Below are positions 18,603 to 28,233 of a stretch of DNA of 64,000 nt, in pieces. The notes under the pieces are model-generated. The model was not told where the DNA came from, did no database searches, and saw nothing but the letters and a program-made list of their open reading frames with translations. A program made the translations under genes and the position numbers. Every line of letters starts with the position of its first letter. Positions within the stretch are counted from its first letter, which is position 1. The DNA comes from Acidimicrobiia bacterium. Lineage in GTDB: Bacteria > Actinomycetota > Acidimicrobiia > Spongiisociales > ZC4RG35. The DNA lies in assembly GCA_028284765.1 (NCBI GenBank), contig JANQRA010000002.1:179832-243831 (forward strand). The letters run 5' to 3'.

Positions 18603-19498
18603 CGCACGTCCAAACCTGTGAGACCCAAGAAAACGTTCTCCAATGAGGATTTCTCCGGACTCACCTGCGATGGGTAGATGCCGGCTTCTGCCAGCGACCG
18701 GGTTATCGACTCACCGTCTTCGCTATCAATGAGAAGCCCTTCCCCGTCTCGCTCGAACTCGAAACCGGCAGCCTTGAGGGCATTTGATGCGGCATCGAGG
18801 TCACCCGCCTTAACCCGCGTTCCCCCACCCTCGAGCAGATCGGCCAACGGACCTTGGGTTACAAGTTCGCCGTGGTTGACGACAACCACGTAATCGGCCA
18901 AAGCCTCGATATCGCCGAGATCGTGACTCGAGACGACGACTGTCTTGCCCGAGTTCGCGAGGTCGCGGAGTCTCGCCCTGAAGGCATGCTGTCCGGCGGG
19001 GTCAAGCCCGTCCAGAGGTTCATCCAGAATGAGGAGCTGCGGATCCCCAAGAAGGGCAGCGGCTAAGGCCAAACGCTGCCTCATGCCCTTCGAATAGTCA
19101 TCGGCTTTGCGGTGTGCGTCCGCGGTGAGACCGACGAACTCCAGCATCTCGTCGATACGGTCGTGGCCAAAACCAAGAGTGTCCGCCGCGACCAGGAGGT
19201 TGAGCCTTCCGTTGAGCGACTTGATCAGGCCGGGTTCCTCAACGATGACACCGATCTGCTTTACGACTTCGGGCAACCCCTTTGGGATTTGGCGCCCGAG
19301 GATCTCGATGTCGCCAGCATCCGGGTTGGTCAGACCGAGAATCGCTCGAAAGCTCGTGGTCTTTCCGGCACCGTTGGGACCCAAGAAGCCGGTTAGCTGC
19401 CCGGAAGGGATCTCAAAATCCAAACCCCGCAAGGCTTCAGTTTTGCCGTAGGTCTTGACCAGACCCGAGACAACAATCGCTTTTGAGCCGTCAGCCAT
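18599..19498 (-). CDS. ABC transporter ATP-binding protein
   Basis: GPNGAGKTT, YSKGMRQR, LILDEP, SSH; start ATG 19498 preceded by TAGGCT-N7. Confidence 0.93.
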   Translation of the reverse strand: MADGSKAIVVSGLVKTYGKTEALRGLDFEIPSGQLTGFLGPNGAGKTTSFRAILGLTNPDAGDIEILGRQIPKGLPEVVKQIGVIVEEPGLIKSLNGRLNLLVAADTLGFGHDRIDEMLEFVGLTADAHRKADDYSKGMRQRLALAAALLGDPQLLILDEPLDGLDPAGQHAFRARLRDLANSGKTVVVSSHDLGDIEALADYVVVVNHGELVTQGPLADLLEGGGTRVKAGDLDAASNALKAAGFEFERDGEGLLIDSEDGESITRSLAEAGIYPSQVSPEKSSLENVFLGLTGLDVR

Positions 19499-19539
19499 TG
19501 AGTTCAGCCTAGAAACAGAAATCGCGGAGACGCCAATTC

Positions 19540-19842
19540 TCAGCCCGGCGTCCAATGGACTTCGACGCCCCACCCCCGGAGACCGATGCCAACGAAGTCA
19601 ACGCGCGAGCCACCAGCCAGCGATCGAACATGCTGTCTCTTCTGGATGTCCACCGCATCGAGTGGGTCACCGGGACCCGAGATGGTCCTGACTTCCACCA
19701 ATACGCGACGTCCTGCGTCCGCAGCAACAATGTCGACCTCGGAGCGTCCAAGCTGACGGTTGCGATCGAGGATCTCCAAACCCTTGCCCTGAAGCCAATT
19801 GGCGGCAAACGCCTCACCCCATCGGCCAAGGTCTGATTTCAG
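19540..19842 (-). CDS. yraN: YraN family (UPF0102) nuclease-like protein, probable CTG start
   Basis: LGRWGEAFAANWL, DRN..LGRSEVDIVA, VEVRT; coupled to the DUF2469 gene. Confidence 0.85.
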   Translation of the reverse strand: MKSDLGRWGEAFAANWLQGKGLEILDRNRQLGRSEVDIVAADAGRRVLVEVRTISGPGDPLDAVDIQKRQHVRSLAGGSRVDFVGIGLRGWGVEVHWTPG

Positions 19843-20135
19843 AGAGAAAGCTCCGTTTGCTCGACCTTTTCGACGTTCACGTCGCGGAAGGTCAAAACCT
19901 GGACCCTCTCGAGGAATCTCGCTGGGCGGAACATGTCCCAAACCCAGGCGTCGCGCATGGAGACTTCGAAGTAGATCGCACCGTTTGCCTCTTTGACTGC
20001 CACGTCCACGTGATTGGCGAGATAGAAGCGTCTCTCGGTCTCAACAACGAATTCGAACATCGGGAGCACATCTCGATACTCCTTGTAGAGCTTCAGCTCC
20101 ACTTCTGTTTCGTAGCGCTCCAGATCTCCGTCCAT
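19839..20135 (-). CDS. DUF2469 family protein
   Basis: DLERYETEVELKLYKEYRDV, VVETERRFYLAN, DAWVWDMFRP.RF, TFRDVNVE. Confidence 0.92.
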   Translation of the reverse strand: MDGDLERYETEVELKLYKEYRDVLPMFEFVVETERRFYLANHVDVAVKEANGAIYFEVSMRDAWVWDMFRPARFLERVQVLTFRDVNVEKVEQTELSL

Positions 20136-20225
20136 GCTCTCCTCGATCTCCGTGCCCGATGTAGGCCCAAGCCCGGCGATGTTATTGCCCGCCCTGAACT
20201 AACTACCGCTCAGCGGGGACGTTTT

Positions 20226-20909
20226 CTAGAGACCGCCGAAATTCTCAAACGGCCAAATGATCACGAAGGCCCGCCCCACCAGATCGTCATAGTCAATGGC
20301 ACCGAACCTGCGGCTGTCGAAACTGAACTGACGGTTGTCACCCATCACGAAGACTTCATCGTCATCTACGACGAATGGGCCGGCGTCAGGCATGACAACT
20401 TCGTCCGCGAGGTAGGGCTCTGCGATCGCCACGCCGTCGATCAAGACTCGATTGCCCTCCACCGTGACAGTTTCGCCAGGTAGGCCAATCACTCGTTTGA
20501 TCAGATCGTCACTTCCCCTGGTGCGAATCCCAACTGCCTCCAGAACCGAGCGGACCACCGCTTCCGGAATCGACTCGTCAATCTCAGGATTGGCCGGGTC
20601 ACGGAAGACCACTATGTCGCCGCGCTGTGGTTCGCCGAACTGATAGCTGAGCTTGTTGACCATCACTCGGTCGTTGACCTGGATTGTCTCGAGCATCGAC
20701 TCGGACGGAATCCAGAAGGGTTGGACCAGGAATGTCTTGATGAGAACCGCGATGACCAAAGCCGTGAGCAGCAGCCCAGGCAACTCGGCCCAAAAGGACC
20801 TCTTCTTGCGGCGGCGACCCTTGCGGCCCGTGGATTCTGCTTCCAGGCGCGTCGGGTCTACTGGAAGGCTCTCGCCTTCAGATTGTTGGCCGTCTTGGAC
20901 CTGACTCAG
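20226..20909 (-). CDS. lepB: Signal peptidase I, probable CTG start at 20909
   Basis: [33 protein letters not shown]; the frame is open upstream to a CTG overlapping the rplS stop. First near-canonical start is TTG 20783. Confidence 0.93.
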   Translation of the reverse strand: MSQVQDGQQSEGESLPVDPTRLEAESTGRKGRRRKKRSFWAELPGLLLTALVIAVLIKTFLVQPFWIPSESMLETIQVNDRVMVNKLSYQFGEPQRGDIVVFRDPANPEIDESIPEAVVRSVLEAVGIRTRGSDDLIKRVIGLPGETVTVEGNRVLIDGVAIAEPYLADEVVMPDAGPFVVDDDEVFVMGDNRQFSFDSRRFGAIDYDDLVGRAFVIIWPFENFGGL

Positions 20910-21250
20910 TCGCGGAGCTCCTTGATGCGGGCGGCCTTGCCAACCCGATCACGGAGGTAGTAGAGCTTGGACCGGCGAACGTCACCACGTCGAGCGACTT
21001 CGATCTTCGAGATGATCGGAGCGTGCACCGGGAAGACGCGCTCGACGCCCACTCCGAAGCTCATCTTTCGCACGGTGAATGACGCCCTCGGGCCAGACCC
21101 ATTGCGGGCGATGACCACTCCTTCGAACACCTGAATGCGCTCGCGGCCACCTTCGACCACGCGGACGTGGACTTTGACGGTATCTCCCGCTCGGAACTCG
21201 GGAATGTCGTCGCGCACATGCGCGCTTTCTATGGCTTGAAGATCATTCAT
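20906..21250 (-). CDS. rplS: 50S ribosomal protein L19
   Basis: [33 protein letters not shown]. Confidence 0.99.
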   Translation of the reverse strand: MNDLQAIESAHVRDDIPEFRAGDTVKVHVRVVEGGRERIQVFEGVVIARNGSGPRASFTVRKMSFGVGVERVFPVHAPIISKIEVARRGDVRRSKLYYLRDRVGKAARIKELRD

Positions 21251-21309
21251 GGAGAACTCCTAAAGACGTGCCGGGCCCGATACATGGGCGAGCGGTGCAC
21301 AGGATTGTA

Positions 21310-21993
21310 TCAGCTATCCGAATCCGTGCCATTCGACAGCAAATCCGGGCGACGGCTCTTCGTGCGGTCCAGTCGCTGCTGGTGGCGCCACTCTTCGATA
21401 CGCCCATGGTCCCCGCTCAGAAGCACCTCGGGAACATCCCCATCCGGATGTTTGGCTGGTCTCGTGTAGACCGGTTCTTCGAGCAGACCGTCGCGGAAAG
21501 ACTCACGCTCGGTCGACTCCGGGTTCCCGACAACTCCCGGTAGGAGTCTGGCCACGCCCTCGATTGCGGCAGCCGCCGCGACCTCTCCACCGGCCAACAC
21601 ATAGTCACCGAGGCTGATCTCCTGGTCGATGTGTCGGTCGATGACTCTCTGGTCGACGCCCTCAAACCTCCCACACACCAACGTCAGGTCAGACAAAGCT
21701 GCCCAGCGGTCCAATGTGCCTTGTGTCATCGGCTCGCCTGACGGCGTGAACAGCACCCGATGGGTCTCCGCAAGCGGTCTCAGCGCTTCGGCAAGCGGCT
21801 CAACCATCATCACCATCCCTGGACCACCCCCGAAGGGACTGTCGTCAAGCTGCTTGTGCTTGCCAATGCCATGTTGTCGCAGGTCGATCAGACTGACTTC
21901 CAACGCACCGTCGGCGATTGCGCGACCGACAATGGAGGTCTGCAGGGGCCCGTCGAAGAACGACGGGAACATGGAGACAACGTTGATCCTCAC
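21310..21993 (-). CDS. trmD: tRNA (guanine37-N1)-methyltransferase
   Basis: DDSPFGGGPGMVM, CGRFEGVDQR, SLGDYVLAGGE, YTRP; start GTG 21993 after TAACCT-N7. Confidence 0.97.
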   Translation of the reverse strand: MRINVVSMFPSFFDGPLQTSIVGRAIADGALEVSLIDLRQHGIGKHKQLDDSPFGGGPGMVMMVEPLAEALRPLAETHRVLFTPSGEPMTQGTLDRWAALSDLTLVCGRFEGVDQRVIDRHIDQEISLGDYVLAGGEVAAAAAIEGVARLLPGVVGNPESTERESFRDGLLEEPVYTRPAKHPDGDVPEVLLSGDHGRIEEWRHQQRLDRTKSRRPDLLSNGTDSDS

Positions 21994-22017
21994 CTCGGGG
22001 AGGTTAGGAAGAAATGC

Positions 22018-22066
22018 GAACCCAGGGTTCGTACCTTCGTATAGCGAAGTCAGGAACCCTGGGTTC
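22018..22066. repeat. 49-bp palindromic REP-like element, copy 1
   Basis: GAACCCAGGGTTC-gtacCTTCGtatagCGAAGtcag-GAACCCTGGGTTC; homologous to 33841-33889. Confidence 0.8.
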
Positions 22067-22078
22067 ACTGACTAGTGG

Positions 22079-23245
22079 TCAGTTGAGACGTTCGACGATC
22101 ATGGCCATGCCCTGACCGCCGCCAACGCACATGGTTTCCAACCCATACGTCTTGTCGAGAGTCCGCAGGTCATTGAGCAGGGTTCCCATGATGCGGGCTC
22201 CGGTCATCCCGAACGGGTGACCGAGCGCAATCGACCCTCCATGAGGGTTGAGCTTGTCCATATCGATACCGAGCTCGTCAACACAGGCCAACACCTGAGC
22301 CGCAAAAGCCTCGTTGAGCTCGATCACGTCGATGTCGCTCAACGACATGCCGGCCGTGTCGAGCACCTTGTTCACTGCCCCAACCGGGCCCATACCCATG
22401 AACTCAGGTTCGAGTCCCACGACCGAAGAAGCCACGATCCGGGCAAGCGGCTCCAGACCAAGTTCGTCAGCACGCTCCGCCGACATCACCAGAACAGCTG
22501 CAGCACCATCGTTCAGTGGACATGAGTTGCCGGCCGTAACGGTTCCTTCTGGGTCAAAAGCCGGTGGCAGAGTCGCCAGCTTCTCCAGTGTTGTGTTCGG
22601 TCGCGGACCGTCGTCGTCCTGGATGGTCCGGCCGTCCGGTACCTCGATGGGGGTTATCTCCCAGTCAAAGAATCCGTCCTTCTGTGCTTCTACCGCCCGA
22701 TCTTGGGAACGTTTGCCGAACTCGTCCTGTCGCTCTCTCGTGATTCCGTACTTCTTGGCGACATTTTCGGCTGTGTTCCCCATCGGGATGTAGACGTTGT
22801 TGATGAAGTCGTCATGTGTCGGATCGGTGAACCGGGGATTGAGGTCGTCCATGTCGAATCCCTTTCCGTAGGTGCGACTAACGGCCTCGGCACCTGCGGC
22901 GATGTACGTGTCACCTTCTCCTTGCTTGATTGCATGGAAAGCCATCCGAATGGTCTGCAGTGACGATGCGCAGTAGCGATTGACGGTCGTCGCCGGGACC
23001 GAGTCGGGCATTCCACCAAGCAGAGCAGCAGGCCTGGCCATGTTGAAACTGTGCTCATGATGAGTCAGGCCGCAGCCGACCATCACGTCGCTGACGGAGT
23101 CTCTGGGAACGTCAGGAACCTTCTCCATGAGCGCGTTGATCGCAAAGCCAGCGAGATCGTCACCCCTCACTTCGATCAGTGACCCTTTGAATGCACGACC
23201 GATCGGCGAACGCGCCGTAGCGACTATTACAGCTTCAGACATCAT
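22079..23245 (-). CDS. Acetyl-CoA C-acyltransferase (thiolase)
   Basis: NRYCASS, TAGNSCPLNDGAAA, NEAFA, GHPFGMTG, CVGGGQG. Confidence 0.95.
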   Translation of the reverse strand: MMSEAVIVATARSPIGRAFKGSLIEVRGDDLAGFAINALMEKVPDVPRDSVSDVMVGCGLTHHEHSFNMARPAALLGGMPDSVPATTVNRYCASSLQTIRMAFHAIKQGEGDTYIAAGAEAVSRTYGKGFDMDDLNPRFTDPTHDDFINNVYIPMGNTAENVAKKYGITRERQDEFGKRSQDRAVEAQKDGFFDWEITPIEVPDGRTIQDDDGPRPNTTLEKLATLPPAFDPEGTVTAGNSCPLNDGAAAVLVMSAERADELGLEPLARIVASSVVGLEPEFMGMGPVGAVNKVLDTAGMSLSDIDVIELNEAFAAQVLACVDELGIDMDKLNPHGGSIALGHPFGMTGARIMGTLLNDLRTLDKTYGLETMCVGGGQGMAMIVERLN

Positions 23246-23299
23246 CCCTCAGTTCTTGAATTGACGCTCAAACTTAGCCTTGCCAATAGCCTTTGGAAT

Positions 23300-24139
23300 A
23301 TGAAGAGACTCCTCTGGGTACTGGCCGTTGTCCTTGCGGCCTGCTCTGGAGTCGAGGGATCGCCCACCACTTCAGCTGGAGAAGCGACGACTTCGTCCGT
23401 GTCACAGGTCTCAACCCTCCCGCCGGTGGTGGAATGTCCGGGAAGTGGTGACTTCGCCGAAGGAACGGGGATAGCCGAGTTCGACCAGCCAATCACTGAC
23501 ACCAGCGACCTCGCCAGGATCTCTTGGGCTGTCAACGATCAGTGTGAGACGTTCACTTTCGAATTCCGCACCGATGAAGGTGCGCCCGCGACGGCGGTGC
23601 CTGCGATCCAGGTAGAACATCTCGAGAGCTTCCAGGTGATTCGTATCCGAATGGCCATCGACCAGGTCACAGTCAGTCAGCAGAGAATCGAAACACCTCT
23701 GGTTGACTCCCTCTACGCGGTCAACGCAATCGCCGGAGGCATGTTCGTCGATCTCCATCTCGCACAGCCCGCTGCTGCTCGCGCACGTGTCGAAGAATCC
23801 CCAGGTCGGCTGGTGATCGATCTGCGCCCAGGCCTCGTTGAGTTCAACGGGACGAGCTCCGAAGGGGACGGAGTCGTCGTGGTCTCGCCCACTGACGGGG
23901 CAGAGGTCGAGGCGGTGACTTCGGTCGCGGGATACTTCCTGGCCTTCGACGGCGATCCGACGGTGATTGTTCAAGTTGACGGAGCGACATTGAGCACGGA
24001 GGTTGCCGATCGGGTGCAATCGATCGGCTGGACGGAGTTTCGACACACCACGACCTTGCCGGCGGGCTCGGTGACAATCCTGGTCGGTGATTCGCTCGGC
24101 ACACCCGACCTTCTCACTCTCAATCTGACGGTTGGTTGA
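23300..24139 (+). CDS. Lipoprotein (AMIN-like / Ig-like domains likely)
   Basis: MKRLLWVLAVVLAAC lipobox, Ser/Thr linker, PGRLVIDL; leaderless TAGCCT-N7-ATG. Confidence 0.7.
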   Translation: MKRLLWVLAVVLAACSGVEGSPTTSAGEATTSSVSQVSTLPPVVECPGSGDFAEGTGIAEFDQPITDTSDLARISWAVNDQCETFTFEFRTDEGAPATAVPAIQVEHLESFQVIRIRMAIDQVTVSQQRIETPLVDSLYAVNAIAGGMFVDLHLAQPAAARARVEESPGRLVIDLRPGLVEFNGTSSEGDGVVVVSPTDGAEVEAVTSVAGYFLAFDGDPTVIVQVDGATLSTEVADRVQSIGWTEFRHTTTLPAGSVTILVGDSLGTPDLLTLNLTVG

Positions 24140-24620
24140 GCCCTTCGATTTCAAGGACCTCGATGTATCCCCCTTCGATGTCTACAACGGGGACCAGTTC
24201 CTTGACGAACGGGACTTCGAATCGGATGTCGCCCCTCTCGATCTCAAGACGGTCTTGACCGGCGCCATGATGGACAGCGACGACCTTTCCCCCACCTGGC
24301 CTCACCTCTAGACCAGCCAGGTCGCCAGGCCAGAACTCGTTGTCAGCCAGATCCCGACGCTCCGAAGCGAATACCTCATTCCCCCGGATGGCTTCTGCCT
24401 GCTCGCGGCTGGTCACCTCGGCGAATGCGACCTGTGGGCCCTTCTTTCCGCGGCGAACCGCCCGCACTGTGTACGGACGGTCCTCGATGTGAACGGTTGA
24501 ATTGTCTTCGAAATAGACGAGATCCTCAGGCTCCACGTAGAGGCCGAGGAAGCCTTCCAGGCCATTGGGCTTGCCGAGTCTTGCTACGCGGACCCGGTTA
24601 ATCCAGGAATTCGACTCCAG
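24120..24620 (-). CDS. rimM: Ribosome maturation factor RimM (start uncertain: 24620 CTG or 24641 GTG)
   Basis: VARLGKPNGLEG, EFWPGDLAGL, EVPFVKELVPVVD; follows rpsP-khpA. Confidence 0.9.
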   Translation of the reverse strand: MESNSWINRVRVARLGKPNGLEGFLGLYVEPEDLVYFEDNSTVHIEDRPYTVRAVRRGKKGPQVAFAEVTSREQAEAIRGNEVFASERRDLADNEFWPGDLAGLEVRPGGGKVVAVHHGAGQDRLEIERGDIRFEVPFVKELVPVVDIEGGYIEVLEIEGLNQPSD

Positions 24621-24849
24621 CGCTAATCCCCTCTTCTTCACCGGCAGCGCCAGCGGCGGCGCGAATCGCCTTTGCCACCCGGCCACGTCGGCCGATCACG
24701 CGACCCATGTCGGGTTTGGCGGTCCGAACCTCGGCCACCATTTCGTCCGGGCCGTTTTCGACCATCGTCACCTCGACCGATTCAGGATCGTCGACGATGC
24801 TCTTGACGACGTATGTGACAACGCGTTCGACAATTTCACCTTTGGCCAA
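24598..24849 (-). CDS. khpA: KH-domain RNA-binding protein
   Basis: IVDDPESV, DMGRVIGRRGRVAKAIR. Confidence 0.93.
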   Translation of the reverse strand: MAKGEIVERVVTYVVKSIVDDPESVEVTMVENGPDEMVAEVRTAKPDMGRVIGRRGRVAKAIRAAAGAAGEEEGISAGVEFLD

Positions 24850-24852
24850 GAT

Positions 24853-25206
24853 CTACTCCTCCTCGGAAGCGGCAGGTTCGTCCGCGGGCTCTTCAGCAGG
24901 CTCCTCGGCGGGGGCCTTTTCCACCCCAACGACATGGATACCACCGGTCTGCACCTTCATGGTGTTCATCGCGCCGGAGATATTGAGCAGCTTCTCAACA
25001 GTCTCGGAGGGCTGGGCACCCTTAGACAACCAGTCAGCAGCGCGTTCATTGTCGATCTCGACCAACGACGGCTCTTCACGGGCGTCATAACGACCGATTT
25101 GTTCGATGTAGCGACCGTCGCGCGGAGCGCGCTGGTCGATGGCGACGACGCGGTAGACGGGCTGCTTCTTCTTGCCCATCCGCATCAGTCTCAGCCTGAC
25201 AGCCAT
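24853..25206 (-). CDS. rpsP: 30S ribosomal protein S16
   Basis: MAVRLRLMRMGKKKQPVYRVV, RDGRYIE, GAQPS. Confidence 0.99.
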   Translation of the reverse strand: MAVRLRLMRMGKKKQPVYRVVAIDQRAPRDGRYIEQIGRYDAREEPSLVEIDNERAADWLSKGAQPSETVEKLLNISGAMNTMKVQTGGIHVVGVEKAPAEEPAEEPADEPAASEEE

Positions 25207-25227
25207 ATTTGATTCACCTCTGGTGTG

Positions 25228-26562
25228 CTATTTCGGTAGACCCCTGCCACCGGTCAAGGCATCGAGTGACGGCATGCCCTTTCCGCTGGAAAGCGTCTTC
25301 ATCATCTTTTGTGCATCTGCGAACTGCTTGAGGACCCGGTTCACGTCTTGGGGCGTGGTGCCCGAACCTGACGCGATCCGACGTTTGCGACTTCCGCGGA
25401 TGATCTTGGGAGTCCGACGCTCTTCGGGCGTCATCGACTGAATAATGGCCTCGACCCGCTTTAGGTCTCGGTCGTCGACTTCGACCTCTTTGAGGAGCGA
25501 CCCGGACCCAGGGAGCATAGCAAGGATGTCTTGGAGAGGCCCCATCGACTTCATGGCCTCGAACTGTTTCAGGAAGTCATCGAGGGTGAATTCACCCTTC
25601 TGCATGCGTTGTGCCGCCTTTTCGGCCTCTTTCTCATCGAACGCCACTTCGGCCTTCTCGATGAGGCTGAGCACGTCACCCATTCCCAGGATGCGACTGG
25701 CCATCCGGTCTGGGTGGAATGGTTCAAGATCGTCGAGTCCTTCACCCACACCGGCAAACTTGACCGGCGCACCGGTGACTTCTCTCACCGATATTGCGGC
25801 CCCGCCTCGAGCGTCACCGTCGAGTTTGGACAGGACGACGCCGGTGATGCCGATCTGGTCCTGAAACCCTTGGGCAACGTTTACTGCGTCCTGTCCGGTC
25901 ATGGCGTCGACAACCAGGAGGACCTCGTCAGGATCGACTGCTTTGCGCACCGCTGCCAGTTCTTTCATCAGTGCATCGTCAATCTGGAGACGACCGGCAG
26001 TGTCGACGATCACCACGTCTCGCCCGGTGCTCGATGCTTCCTTTAGAGCAGACTTGGCCAGCTTGGGGGCCTTTCCCTTCCTGTCGATCACCACCGGGAC
26101 TTCGATTTTGTTGGCAAGGGTCTCGAGCTGATCGATGGCGGCTGGCCGCTGGAGGTCGGCGGCGACCAGGAGAGGCCGCTTTCCCTTCGACTGGAGCTGT
26201 TTGGCGAGCTTGCCGGCGGTTGTGGTCTTACCCGAGCCCTGCAGTCCCACCATGAGAATCTTCAACGGCGGCGACGCCTTGACCAGCCCAAATGACTCCG
26301 TCCCGAGAGTGTTGACCAACTCCTCGTGGACGATCTTGATCACCTGTTGGCCTGGGGTGATCGACTTGGAGACATCCTCGCCCAGAGCACGCTCTTTAAC
26401 TCGGGCCAGGAAAGACCGCACGACCGAGACATTTACATCGGCCTCGAGTAGCGCGAGACGGACCTCCCGGAGGGCACCGTCGATGTCTTTCTCCGAGAGC
26501 TTGCCTTTGCCACGAAGATTGCTGAAGACAGATTCGAATCGCTGAGTCAGCGTGTCAAACAT
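25228..26562 (-). CDS. ffh: Signal recognition particle protein
   Basis: GLQGSGKTT, DTAGR, DGDARGG, M domain SMTPEER. Confidence 0.99.
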   Translation of the reverse strand: MFDTLTQRFESVFSNLRGKGKLSEKDIDGALREVRLALLEADVNVSVVRSFLARVKERALGEDVSKSITPGQQVIKIVHEELVNTLGTESFGLVKASPPLKILMVGLQGSGKTTTAGKLAKQLQSKGKRPLLVAADLQRPAAIDQLETLANKIEVPVVIDRKGKAPKLAKSALKEASSTGRDVVIVDTAGRLQIDDALMKELAAVRKAVDPDEVLLVVDAMTGQDAVNVAQGFQDQIGITGVVLSKLDGDARGGAAISVREVTGAPVKFAGVGEGLDDLEPFHPDRMASRILGMGDVLSLIEKAEVAFDEKEAEKAAQRMQKGEFTLDDFLKQFEAMKSMGPLQDILAMLPGSGSLLKEVEVDDRDLKRVEAIIQSMTPEERRTPKIIRGSRKRRIASGSGTTPQDVNRVLKQFADAQKMMKTLSSGKGMPSLDALTGGRGLPK

Positions 26563-26583
26563 ATGGCCTCTAGGTTATGCCTG

Positions 26584-26931
26584 ATGGCCATGCAAGTAGA
26601 CAGCGTGTTTGTTTGGGTCAACGATCTGGAGACCTCCCTCAACTGGTACGAAACAATCGGATTCACAGCCGGGCCGCGGTACGGCCCCTGGCAATCCATG
26701 GAAGTTGGTGGTGAAGTCGCCTTTGCCCTTCACGAGGGCATTCGAGAGCCCGGGATGTCAACATCGGTGACCGCCTTCCTCGTTGAAGACCTCGAAGGGT
26801 CGATCCAGCGACTGGCCGAGCAGGGAATCCGCCCCTCCGATCAGGAGATCACGGACACAGGTACAGCTCGCTTCATCACATTCGCCGACCCGGACGGGAA
26901 TGAGATCCAGTTACTGGAACGGCCGGAATAG
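26584..26931 (+). CDS. VOC/glyoxalase family protein
   Basis: VWVNDLE, FALHE, FADPDGNEIQL; TAGGTT-N7-ATG. Confidence 0.85.
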   Translation: MAMQVDSVFVWVNDLETSLNWYETIGFTAGPRYGPWQSMEVGGEVAFALHEGIREPGMSTSVTAFLVEDLEGSIQRLAEQGIRPSDQEITDTGTARFITFADPDGNEIQLLERPE

Positions 26932-26940
26932 CGTCGATTT

Positions 26941-27345
26941 GTGCACGAGATAACCGCACAGGAGTTTGAACAGCGACTTGTCGCGCTTTGCGTTGGCAGC
27001 GAGCGGGTCTTTCCGAAGAAGACCATCGACAGGCACGTGATGCTGGCCGCGGCGAGCCGCGACTTCGAGCGCGGAATGATCTACACCGAGCAGGAAGTAA
27101 CCGAAACCATCGAGAAGTGGCTGAGCACTGGATGCCCCTCCCTGCTGATCGACGAGGTCACCGTCCGCCGGGAGTTGATCGACGCCGCCTATCTGATGCG
27201 TGATGATGCCGGACGCTTCTACGCGGTTGGGCCCGGACCAACGGAGGTCTCGTTCAGCGACAGCGTGGCCAAAGTCGACACGCTGGCAATTGTGGAGTCA
27301 GCGATCGTGAAGCGAGCGGCACGGAAGCGAGCCCATGAGACTTAG
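26941..27345 (+). CDS. DUF2087-like winged-helix protein
   Basis: YTEQEV...DEVTVRRELID..YLMRD..G..Y pattern. Confidence 0.65.
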   Translation: MHEITAQEFEQRLVALCVGSERVFPKKTIDRHVMLAAASRDFERGMIYTEQEVTETIEKWLSTGCPSLLIDEVTVRRELIDAAYLMRDDAGRFYAVGPGPTEVSFSDSVAKVDTLAIVESAIVKRAARKRAHET

Positions 27346-27354
27346 GGTGGTCAC

Positions 27355-28233
27355 GTGATTCCGGCGACCATCGAAGAGCTGGGTGAAGCTCTCGACAACC
27401 AGGCGTACTACGCGGCCGATGATCTCAAGGTCGCCATCCACCTTTCACTTCAACTCGGCCGGCCGCTGTTCCTCGAAGGAGAGGCTGGTGTAGGCAAAAC
27501 GGAAGTGGCGAAAGCCCTAGCGGCCATCACCGGCAACCAATTGATCCGGCTCCAGTGTTATGAAGGACTCGACGTCGGTCACGCCCTCTATGAATGGGAC
27601 TACGCAATGCAGATGATGGAGATTCGTCTGCTCGAAGCACGTGGAGAGGCTGAGAGGGCGACAGCACGGAACATCATGAGCCGGGACTTCTTGATAGCCC
27701 GCCCGCTGCTCCAGTCCATCGAGGCCGCCCGGGACGGACAGCGACCGGTTCTCCTGATCGACGAGCTCGATCGAGCAGATGAGGAATTCGAGGCTTTCCT
27801 CCTCGAGCTGTTGTCCGATTTTCAGGTGACAATTCCGGAGATTGGGACGGTGACGGCGGAACAACCACCGATCGTGGTTCTCACCTCGAATCGAACTCGG
27901 GAGATCCATGACGCCCTGAAACGACGCTGTATCTACCACTGGATCGACTACCCGACCCCTGACCTCGAAGCCACCATCGTGAGGCGAAAAGTCGAAGGTA
28001 TCGACGATGAAGTCGCGGATAGCCTCGCGTCAGCGATGGAGCGCCTGAGACAGATCGACCTGTTCAAGCCTCCGGGGGTCGCAGAGACGCTCGACTGGGC
28101 GGAGTCACTCAAGCTCCTCGGTGCTGGAGGCCTCACACCACAAGGCCTCGAGCAAACCATCGGCGTTGTCCTCAAGTACAAAGACGACATCGACAAGGTC
28201 CAAGAACTGGGGGCCGAGGCCATTCTGTCGTGA
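27355..28233 (+). CDS. MoxR AAA+ ATPase, CoxD-like
   Basis: LFLEGEAGVGKTE, RLQCYEGLD, LYEWDY, LIDELDRADEEFEAFLLE, HDALKRRC. Confidence 0.92.
   Translation: MIPATIEELGEALDNQAYYAADDLKVAIHLSLQLGRPLFLEGEAGVGKTEVAKALAAITGNQLIRLQCYEGLDVGHALYEWDYAMQMMEIRLLEARGEAERATARNIMSRDFLIARPLLQSIEAARDGQRPVLLIDELDRADEEFEAFLLELLSDFQVTIPEIGTVTAEQPPIVVLTSNRTREIHDALKRRCIYHWIDYPTPDLEATIVRRKVEGIDDEVADSLASAMERLRQIDLFKPPGVAETLDWAESLKLLGAGGLTPQGLEQTIGVVLKYKDDIDKVQELGAEAILS

Noticed and set aside
22018..22066. Palindromic repeat as a CRISPR repeat
   Set aside because: Only two copies, 12 kb apart, with no spacer array or cas genes.
21994..22068. N-terminal extension of TrmD in the ORF track
   Set aside because: It is read-through across the palindromic repeat; the leaderless start at 21993 fits better.
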